Of a DNA stretch of 64,000 bases, positions 18,920 through 26,467 are shown one piece after another. Position 1 is the stretch's first letter. Every line of letters begins with the position of its first letter. This stretch comes from a virus. A program made the position numbers and the translations under genes. The notes below the pieces were generated by a model that saw only the letters and a list, made by a program, of their open reading frames with translations, was not told the origin of the DNA and did no database searches. The stretch lies in IMG/VR virus record IMGVR_UViG_3300035703_000011; one strand, written 5' to 3'.

Positions 18920-18986
18920 TTATGAAACTCTCATAATAAATGCAAGTGCATAATATGGAGGTCTATTTTCGTGGTAGTCACTTCCA
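18920..18986 (-). repeat. 67-bp direct repeat, copy B (authentic 3' end of the 1,702-aa gene)
   Basis: See 18125-18191. The two copies are spaced 795 bp apart and exactly bracket the 252-aa ORF. Confidence 0.85.
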
Positions 18987-21900
18987 CCACGATTTCCAGT
19001 ATTTGATGTACTATATGTTGCAGAAACGTAATTACTGTTTTGACCAGGATTCATAAACCAAACATTTACTGCCGTCTGTAAACTATGATTGTGTTCAGGC
19101 ATCTCACCAATCGTTAACTGATGAGCAGTTGATCCACCAATATCTCCAGGTTCATAATTTTCAGAAATTGCTCCAGTTTCAGCATTAAATCCAGGACCTG
19201 TTTGAGTTGTTATTCCAGTTTTTGATGTATCATAAGAACCGACAATAAATCTATTTCTCAAATCTGGAGTTGATTGCGATCCATCACAAAGTGCCCATCC
19301 TGTTGGGACAGTAGTTCCAGACCACATAATAATTCCCCCAACTGGGATAATGCCATTTCCCACAAAAGAAGTTGCTGTGGCAATACCAGTCACCACAACT
19401 CCAGATGAATTAGTATCAAATGCAGTGGAATTTATTTCTCCTGTTACATTACCAATTAAAGGTCCACTGAAGAAAGATGCAGTTGCAACACCAGTTACTC
19501 TAAGTTGAGTTACTGTAGTAATACCAGCAGTAACTTGACCAAGATTTGATAATGCTGTAGTTGAATCTAATGAATCATTAATAGTAAGAGAATTTACTGT
19601 CAGACTATCAAAGAAATTACTCTCTTCAGAGACTTCACTGACATTAATTTCCTCCCCTGTTGTAGCATCATATTTTTTACGTCCAATGAAGAATTCGCCA
19701 TTACTATTCATTCCAGTATAAACTACCAATCCACCATGTGTAGGTAATGATTGTGAAATTAAAATCTCATCATTAGAAAGAACTCTATCTTGATTGGTTG
19801 GCATTCCAGTTGAATAATTTCCTGGACCAAATCCAGTATATTCAAAAGTGTGCCCAGATGCTCTAAGAATAGAATTTCTTCTAAGTTCTATTGGACTTAC
19901 TTTAACTCTTCTTATTGCTGATCCATTAACATGAGATTTTGCTTTTGTGCCTAAAGCACCTCTAATAGTTCTTATTTGTGAACCAGCAACTCTAGTGACT
20001 AAAAGAATTTCATCATCAATCTGAATAAAATCTCCCTTATCTAAACCTACAGGAGAATTTACATTGAAAAAGGTATCTGTAGAATTTATGCCATCAGAAT
20101 CATTAATTCTTGCTTTAAATCCATCAAGAGCAAAGAACTGTCTGGTAGAAGTATTTTCGTTAATTGAATTTGTATCTTTAATTTGAGATGTCAATCCAGA
20201 ACTATAAACTAAAGAAGCACCAGATGCATTACCATCAACAACAAATACAGTAGGAGATGTAACAGAACTAACTGTAAATTTACCAGAAACTCCTAAGAAA
20301 GAAACTGTGTTACCTACAAGGAATGGATGAGGAGCACTTGATAAACATGTTACTGTAGTTTTATTTGTTCCTGAAGAGTATGATGCACTAGCAGTATATG
20401 CTTGAATTGGAATAATTATTGATCTTGATGGTGATTCAGTTTTTCCAGAAGAATTAGAATAAGTTAAAGTTTTTGATCCAGATACAGTAACTTGAAAAAT
20501 TCCATTATTTTCAGGATATACTGAACCAAGGACTTGAATTACAGTATCCCCCTCTGGTAAAAGTGATGAAATTGTCACATTTGCCTGAGTTGTTGATCCT
20601 GGCAATCCTCTAATAATTAAAGCATCATTGATTGAATAACCAGATCCAGGATTTGAAATTGATACTGCAGTAACATTACCACTAGAAGAAACTGTAACTA
20701 CTGCAGTTGCTCCTTCTCCAGTCACCCCACTTCCAGGACATAAAGGAACATCATAATAAATTCCTTGCACAAAACCACTACCATCTGAGGTAATGGTTAC
20801 TGTTCTAACTCCATTTAAATTGTGCCAATTGGAAGTGACTAATGTACAAGTGCTTGTTGATGGAGACTTTGTAATACTAGAAACTTCAAAAGCACCTGAA
20901 AAATCTTTAAGATAATTAATTGCAGTCTCTTTTGTTGTGCTTAATTTGGGATCACTGACATCAACTTTTCCAATAAGACTTCTTGATGCAGAAGATACTG
21001 TATTGTCTAAATCTGAAATTACATTATCAAGATCAGACTCTGGAATAATGTTATTTAAATTCTGGGAAAGTTTATAACTTTGAATATTAAAATTAGAATC
21101 TGTTGGAGTATTTTTAAACACATTCAAGTAAACATGATAAATTCCATCAGAAACATTCTGAGCATATTTTTGAATGGTATTTACTTTGTAAATCTGATAA
21201 TCATTATTAATTTGTTCACATGTGAAATATGGTAGATTATTTCTATTAGAACTTAAAATTGTATATGGGGGCACTCTTGTCTGACTACTACAGTTTCTTT
21301 GATCTAGCCAGCTGGTAACTGAAGATGAAGTGACTGTATTAATTGTTCCTGGATTTGAGTAAATTCTATATCTAAATTGAAGATCGTCTACAACCTCAGA
21401 AACTTCAAAACGTCCATTAAAACCTGTTCCAGTTCCTAGACCAACGGGAGCAGGTTCACTAGTACTCTTAAGATTATAAATGTTAACTTTATTTCCAACT
21501 CTTAAATTATGAGGATTTTTAGTTACAATATTTGCAGTAATGACAGATCCAGAGGTTGTTGTCCAAGCATCAATAATAATATTATTATTTCTGACTAATT
21601 TAAATTTATTAGTGTCTACGCTATCATTCAAATCTACATCATCAGGTTGTGATAGAATAAAATCAAGAGGAGTAGAAGATTTTTGAATTACAAATCCTGA
21701 GGTTGGATCAGATGCATTTGATGCCTCTTTAGGTATTACTATTCTTGCCCTATAAACCTTATCATCAGAAGTTCTAGTATCTATAATTCTGCGAATATTA
21801 AAAGTTGGAGAAGAAAGCCCAGATAAATTATCAATAAATGATGAATTAGAACTAATTTGAAGATACCAATTTAAATTAGTAGAATCCCATTGTATAGGAT

Positions 21901-24028
21901 TTCCTTCATTATCAGGTAAAGAATCAGAAACCCTACTCACAAGCTTTAAATTATCCTCTACTTCAATTCCAATATCATTAATAATGTTAACAATATCAGT
22001 CCCATCAATGGTACTGGATAATTTTATGGTATTTGATGCTGGATTACTTTCTGGGTGAATGTAATATATTTTTTGTGGATCAAGTCCATCTGGGAGAACT
22101 GCATTGTTTGCAATGACTCTAACTGCTTGACCAGTTGAAATTCCAGTAACTGTCCCTTCTAAAATTAAAATATCTTGAGCAGAATTAATACTTTCTATAT
22201 TATAAGAAGTCTCATAATTTGGATTAATAGTTGCTGATATTACTCCAGAAGGAGATCCTAAAAATATTTGATCACCAGACTTTCCCCCAATGGTATATCC
22301 TCTAATTTTAGATTTTGGAGGATCAAATTCATCATCAAATCCTTTCAGATAAATTCTAGTATTATTTGGAGAATATGATGTTCTTAATGATGTTGTTAAT
22401 TCAACATCTATGTTATAACATACTATGTCACTAGTTTCAGATGAAACTTCTTTTGGAGGGATAATATGAGTTATAAATCCATGATTATCTTTACTGAGCT
22501 CATAGTCTTTAAACCCTCTAGAAACTAAAGAAATTGCCCCAAAATTACTGTTAGAGTTGGTAATACTTTGATCACCACCAGAATCTGCCACAAATTGCTT
22601 TGCATATCCAATGGCAAATATAGAAACACATTGAATAAAGGCATCATTAGATGCTTTTATATGAAAACTCTCCCAATCTGGTTTATAGATTGAACTAGAA
22701 TCTTGATGTAGACTTGTAGATGATCCTAAGTCTTCTTGAGATACATAACCACCACTTACTGAGTCATATTTTAAGAAAGCCCTATCATCTCTTTGAAGTG
22801 AAATTCCAGTAAATTGAGCAGTGACCATACTCTTAAATCCAGTCACCTTTGATCCATCTGCATGAAGTCCATTCATTCCATAAACAGACTTCAAACTACA
22901 ATTAAAAATATAAGGTGAGCTAGATGTAATTGTATCAGATAGAACAGTAACTTCAGCATTAGTTAGTGTTGGATCTGCAAGAATTGGTGCTGTAGGAAGT
23001 AAATATGTAAATTGAGTTGAATTTATTACTTGAGCAACAACAAAATTTCCATTGAATTGTTGACTTCCAGTAAGAGAATTGAGAGCTAATCCTGTAATTT
23101 GAATAGGTGTAAATGGAGTTAAATTATGAGCAGTGCTTGTAGTTACTGTTACTGTAGTTGTTGCTGTTGCTCCATCTCCAGAAATTGCATCAGTAATTTC
23201 AACTGGACCTTGACCAAGATCTCCTACTATTTTATTTTCTTCAGTATTAGGTTGGAAACTATCAAACCCATTTATAATATCTCTTCCAGAAAAAGATCCA
23301 TATGCTAAACTGAGCTTATAGTAATAAATTTCTAAGTCAGTTTTTGTATAAGTGATCCCATTTTTGGTATACTTATTTTTATTATCTACATATTCAAAAG
23401 CAGTTAATTTGTGATGAGAATATACTGGATTTACTGTACTTTCTGAGTAAGTATTATATACTCTACCTACAGGATCTCCATCAAAAATAGTAAATCCATA
23501 AATGTAAGATCCCCCAGTCAATCTAAAAATAGATGTTCTTTGAATATTTGGATTTGCAGGATCTGGAACAAATTTTGGTCTTATCTTTGTCTTTCTTAAA
23601 TCTGTTGCTACTAGTGATACACCTTTTGGAATAATTACTCCACCATCAGCACTATTGTAAATATAAAGTTCATTATTAGATTCACTTAAATTAAAATTAG
23701 AATTTACACTAAACTGTGTAATAGTTCTGGATGCCCCAGTAGCATCTAAAAGTTGAGTTCCATCATAATAATATCCAGGTCTATTATCAACATAGTGAGT
23801 TCCTGGGGAAATTAAAATGGTAGTTTGATCAAACAAATCATTATTTGATCCTGGAACATATGAAAAATTTGCTGCTTCTATTAATGCTCTTTGAATAGTT
23901 TTAAATGGTCTAGTTCTAGAATTCCCTCTATTTTCTATAGAATCACTAGAATCTAACTCATTAGGATCTACATAAAGAGTATTACCATTCAAATTTTTCA
24001 GAAAATTTTCTAATCTAGCTAAAGGCAT
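18920..24028 (-). CDS. giant tail fibre / receptor-binding-type protein (1,702 aa) with beta-helix N-cap and C-terminal phage tail collar domain
   Basis: N-terminus LYVDPNELDSSDSIENRGNSRTRPFKTIQRALIEA. GxGY repeats are present (NPGSGYSINDA). The C-terminus GGIIMWSGTTVPTGWALCDGS...PDLRNRFIVGS...GGSTAHQLTIGEMPEHNH...NRPPYYALAFIMR is the collar-domain pattern. Confidence 0.85.
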   Translation of the reverse strand: MPLARLENFLKNLNGNTLYVDPNELDSSDSIENRGNSRTRPFKTIQRALIEAANFSYVPGSNNDLFDQTTILISPGTHYVDNRPGYYYDGTQLLDATGASRTITQFSVNSNFNLSESNNELYIYNSADGGVIIPKGVSLVATDLRKTKIRPKFVPDPANPNIQRTSIFRLTGGSYIYGFTIFDGDPVGRVYNTYSESTVNPVYSHHKLTAFEYVDNKNKYTKNGITYTKTDLEIYYYKLSLAYGSFSGRDIINGFDSFQPNTEENKIVGDLGQGPVEITDAISGDGATATTTVTVTTSTAHNLTPFTPIQITGLALNSLTGSQQFNGNFVVAQVINSTQFTYLLPTAPILADPTLTNAEVTVLSDTITSSSPYIFNCSLKSVYGMNGLHADGSKVTGFKSMVTAQFTGISLQRDDRAFLKYDSVSGGYVSQEDLGSSTSLHQDSSSIYKPDWESFHIKASNDAFIQCVSIFAIGYAKQFVADSGGDQSITNSNSNFGAISLVSRGFKDYELSKDNHGFITHIIPPKEVSSETSDIVCYNIDVELTTSLRTSYSPNNTRIYLKGFDDEFDPPKSKIRGYTIGGKSGDQIFLGSPSGVISATINPNYETSYNIESINSAQDILILEGTVTGISTGQAVRVIANNAVLPDGLDPQKIYYIHPESNPASNTIKLSSTIDGTDIVNIINDIGIEVEDNLKLVSRVSDSLPDNEGNPIQWDSTNLNWYLQISSNSSFIDNLSGLSSPTFNIRRIIDTRTSDDKVYRARIVIPKEASNASDPTSGFVIQKSSTPLDFILSQPDDVDLNDSVDTNKFKLVRNNNIIIDAWTTTSGSVITANIVTKNPHNLRVGNKVNIYNLKSTSEPAPVGLGTGTGFNGRFEVSEVVDDLQFRYRIYSNPGTINTVTSSSVTSWLDQRNCSSQTRVPPYTILSSNRNNLPYFTCEQINNDYQIYKVNTIQKYAQNVSDGIYHVYLNVFKNTPTDSNFNIQSYKLSQNLNNIIPESDLDNVISDLDNTVSSASRSLIGKVDVSDPKLSTTKETAINYLKDFSGAFEVSSITKSPSTSTCTLVTSNWHNLNGVRTVTITSDGSGFVQGIYYDVPLCPGSGVTGEGATAVVTVSSSGNVTAVSISNPGSGYSINDALIIRGLPGSTTQANVTISSLLPEGDTVIQVLGSVYPENNGIFQVTVSGSKTLTYSNSSGKTESPSRSIIIPIQAYTASASYSSGTNKTTVTCLSSAPHPFLVGNTVSFLGVSGKFTVSSVTSPTVFVVDGNASGASLVYSSGLTSQIKDTNSINENTSTRQFFALDGFKARINDSDGINSTDTFFNVNSPVGLDKGDFIQIDDEILLVTRVAGSQIRTIRGALGTKAKSHVNGSAIRRVKVSPIELRRNSILRASGHTFEYTGFGPGNYSTGMPTNQDRVLSNDEILISQSLPTHGGLVVYTGMNSNGEFFIGRKKYDATTGEEINVSEVSEESNFFDSLTVNSLTINDSLDSTTALSNLGQVTAGITTVTQLRVTGVATASFFSGPLIGNVTGEINSTAFDTNSSGVVVTGIATATSFVGNGIIPVGGIIMWSGTTVPTGWALCDGSQSTPDLRNRFIVGSYDTSKTGITTQTGPGFNAETGAISENYEPGDIGGSTAHQLTIGEMPEHNHSLQTAVNVWFMNPGQNSNYVSATYSTSNTGNRGGSDYHENRPPYYALAFIMRVS

Positions 24029-24061
24029 CTCAGATTATTCCTGGATATTTTTCTTCTGTCT

Positions 24062-24069
24062 TATTTATC
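24062..24069 (-). promoter_or_regulatory. late promoter-like box (GATAAATA) for the 1,702-aa gene
   Basis: Reverse complement of tatttatc, 33 nt upstream of the ATG at 24028. Confidence 0.45.
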
Positions 24070-24077
24070 AATAAATA
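24070..24077 (+). promoter_or_regulatory. late promoter-like box (AATAAATA) for the plus-strand gene
   Basis: Directly abuts the minus-strand box (TATTTATC|AATAAATA) and lies 21 nt upstream of the ATG at 24099. Confidence 0.45.
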
Positions 24078-24098
24078 GATTATCAATATTTTTAAATC

Positions 24099-24827
24099 AT
24101 GGGAATAAGTACACAAACAGAAGCACTTATTGAATTTTATAATCAAAAAATTGCCTTAGATACAAAGCAAATAACTCAGGTTGGTATAGTAGAATCTGGA
24201 TATACAATAAAAACGGGAATTGGGACAACAGAACAAATTAGAGTTTATGGTCCCCAAGAACTGATAGACAATTATAATGTTCCAATTAACAAAATTGATA
24301 ATAAAGTTTTAGAATATAATAATCAAATTAGAAATTTACAAGACCAAGTACTAGTTTTGGGCCAACAAGCAAATGCTGTTGGATGTGGAACAGCTAGCGT
24401 TGATGCAGTAATAGTTTATAGAGATGATTTAAATTACACTGGATATAGTTTTAGTGCCCCAAATCCATTTTCCCCTTTAACTGGAACAATCACATCCTCA
24501 ACTCTTGGATTTGGGACAATTACTCAAGCAAATCCAGTTGCAATAGGTTCATATTATGGTGATGTAGGAACTTGCTATGATTTTCTTTGTGGAAATTGTT
24601 CTGGATTTGCTTCAAGCATTACTAACTTAAACACTCAAATTACAAATCTTAAGGCATTAAGAGATCCATTAATAGTCACAGTCAATCAATTAAAAGCATC
24701 TAGAATAGATTTTCAACTTCAAAAATATGCATATACTCAATCAAAAGTAAAACTTAATCAACAAATTCAAAGAACTCAATCAATCATATCATTTTTACAA
24801 GATCCTGCAAATGATGAGTGGTTATAA
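24099..24827 (+). CDS. hypothetical structural-module protein (242 aa), coiled-coil ends
   Basis: The only plus-strand ORF in the first 35 kb. It sits behind a late-promoter-like box. Confidence 0.65.
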   Translation: MGISTQTEALIEFYNQKIALDTKQITQVGIVESGYTIKTGIGTTEQIRVYGPQELIDNYNVPINKIDNKVLEYNNQIRNLQDQVLVLGQQANAVGCGTASVDAVIVYRDDLNYTGYSFSAPNPFSPLTGTITSSTLGFGTITQANPVAIGSYYGDVGTCYDFLCGNCSGFASSITNLNTQITNLKALRDPLIVTVNQLKASRIDFQLQKYAYTQSKVKLNQQIQRTQSIISFLQDPANDEWL

Positions 24828-24898
24828 AAAACCTTTTTTGCAATTTTTCCCCAGAATTTTTTCGAGGTAATTTTCGGAATTAAAAGTCAATTTTGAAA

Positions 24899-24972
24899 TA
24901 GGGATGGTGGGATTCGAACCCACACTGTGCGGTTTTTAAGACCGCTTTCTCTGCCTGTTGGAATACATCCCC
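24899..24972 (-). tRNA. solitary tRNA, anticodon UAA (Leu codon UUA) but with a short variable arm
   Basis: Reverse complement folds as GGGGATG-TA-TTCC-AACAGGCAG-AGAA-A-GCGGT-CTTAAAA-ACCGC-ACAGT-GTGGG-TTCGAAT-CCCAC-CATCCCT-A. It has a canonical T-arm, G1-U72 and A73. Confidence 0.75.
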
Positions 24973-24975
24973 AAT

Positions 24976-25005
24976 AAAAAAAGTATATCAAAAAGAAATA
25001 TACTT
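24976..25005 (-). terminator. weak AT-rich hairpin plus T-run (possible terminator)
   Basis: Minus sense reads AAGTATAT-ttctttttg-ATATACTT followed by TTTTTTTATT, just after the stop at 25007. The stem is almost all A-U. Confidence 0.3.
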
Positions 25006-25006
25006 G

Positions 25007-25177
25007 TCAACCATTATGGGCAAGTTCACCTTTCAATTCAGCAATCTTGGCAGTAGCAAAACACTCAACACAAGTCCAAAATGTTTCTCCACTCACCATA
25101 TTCTCACTACAGAAATGTGAGGCAACATCTTCAAGGATTCCATTGAGATCATCAAGTTGAGTGCGATTGATTTGCAT
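25007..25177 (-). CDS. small hypothetical protein (56 aa; below ORF-track cutoff)
   Basis: Hand translation: MQINRTQLDDLNGILEDVASHFCSENMVSGETFWTCVECFATAKIAELKGELAHNG*. Confidence 0.4.
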   Translation of the reverse strand: MQINRTQLDDLNGILEDVASHFCSENMVSGETFWTCVECFATAKIAELKGELAHNG

Positions 25178-25214
25178 GATAGGTACTGGTCTTGCTTACC
25201 CTACCATCATAGCA

Positions 25215-25922
25215 TCAAGAGCAGCAGTCTGCAAGTTTAGTGGACAGTTCATGAACTGTCTCCTTCAATGAATTGATTTGATTTTGTTGATCTTTGATTG
25301 CCTCTATTAATATTGCTGTTAGGTTTCCATATTCAACTGTCTTTAAGGTTTGATTTTCAATAACTTCTTCTACTATAACTTCAGGCAAAACTTTTTCAAC
25401 TTCTTGTGCTATCAATCCTATAGATTTTTTTTGTTTGGATGCTCTTTGAGAAACAACCTCAGGATTCCACTCAAAATAAACTCCTTGAAGTTTTAATACC
25501 TTATTCAAAGAATCATCTAGTTTCTCTACATTTATTTTTGCTCTTTCATCAGATGGGCAAGGAGCACAAATAGATGATCCATTGTACTTCCAAAACCCAT
25601 TCAAATCTCCATCTGGAGAATTGAAGTTAACTGTAATTGCAGAACTATCATAAAATGGTTGTGAATCATCATGTCCCCCAACAAAAACACCATGACCAAT
25701 ACCATTGTAAACTCCCAATTCATTCCAAACACCAAGACCATTATATAATCCAATTTGATTTTGCATTCCCTCACCTTGATGAATGCCAAAATTATGAATT
25801 GAAAATGGTTTTGAAGGATCTAAACTTTGTTCAAATGTAGCAGAAGAAATTGGAGGGACAATTCCTGCACCAACATGTAATTCTCCAGCATAAATTGATG
25901 TATGATTTGACATTATACCCAT
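25215..25922 (-). CDS. small spike/fibre-tip-like protein carrying a peptidase S74 intramolecular chaperone domain
   Basis: CPSDERAKINVEKLDDSLNKVLKLQGVYFEW...IGLIAQEVEKVLPEVI...VEYGNLTAILIEAIKDQ. The predicted S|D cut lies between 25550 and 25549. An alternative start is at 25913 (TAATG coupling). Confidence 0.75.
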   Translation of the reverse strand: MGIMSNHTSIYAGELHVGAGIVPPISSATFEQSLDPSKPFSIHNFGIHQGEGMQNQIGLYNGLGVWNELGVYNGIGHGVFVGGHDDSQPFYDSSAITVNFNSPDGDLNGFWKYNGSSICAPCPSDERAKINVEKLDDSLNKVLKLQGVYFEWNPEVVSQRASKQKKSIGLIAQEVEKVLPEVIVEEVIENQTLKTVEYGNLTAILIEAIKDQQNQINSLKETVHELSTKLADCCS

Positions 25923-26467
25923 CCCCCAAAAGAATTTAATACAGTATTAACAATATCCAAAACACCACTAGGAACTAGTTTTGATTTAGGTTCCACAATA
26001 AAAACATCACCACCTTCTGCAACCACATGAACATTTCCTTTAGACCTAATTATAGCATTTCTAGTTGCAGAAACAACAACATTAGCTCCTCTAATTCCTA
26101 TGTTATTTTTTGCATCTAAAGTAATACCACCATTTTCATTTTTTATGAGAAGATCTTTTGTAGCACTACTACTCTCAAATATTATTTGGTTGGCAGATAT
26201 TGTTAATTGCCCATCGCAACTTATTCTGAAATCACCTTTTGTCTTTAAATTTAATCCATCTTTAGCTTGACTGTAAATATTATCTGCCAAATCTGCAGAA
26301 TCATTACTCATCAATTCAAATCCACCATTCTGAAAAAGTTTCAAACTTCCTCCAGATGCAGATGCTAATTGAACTTGTCTGGGTCTTTTTTTGGTATTTT
26401 TATCTGATGCTAGAAATAAAGTGCCATTATCAGAATCATTAATTATAAAACCAGGATCAAATGTCAT
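25913..26467 (-). CDS. beta-helical needle-like protein (184 aa), gp5 C-terminal-like
   Basis: Repetitive short beta-strand pattern (ISCDGQLTISANQIIFES...ITLDAKNNIGIRGANVVVSA...). Overlaps the spike gene upstream by 11 nt. Confidence 0.55.
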   Translation of the reverse strand: MTFDPGFIINDSDNGTLFLASDKNTKKRPRQVQLASASGGSLKLFQNGGFELMSNDSADLADNIYSQAKDGLNLKTKGDFRISCDGQLTISANQIIFESSSATKDLLIKNENGGITLDAKNNIGIRGANVVVSATRNAIIRSKGNVHVVAEGGDVFIVEPKSKLVPSGVLDIVNTVLNSFGGWV

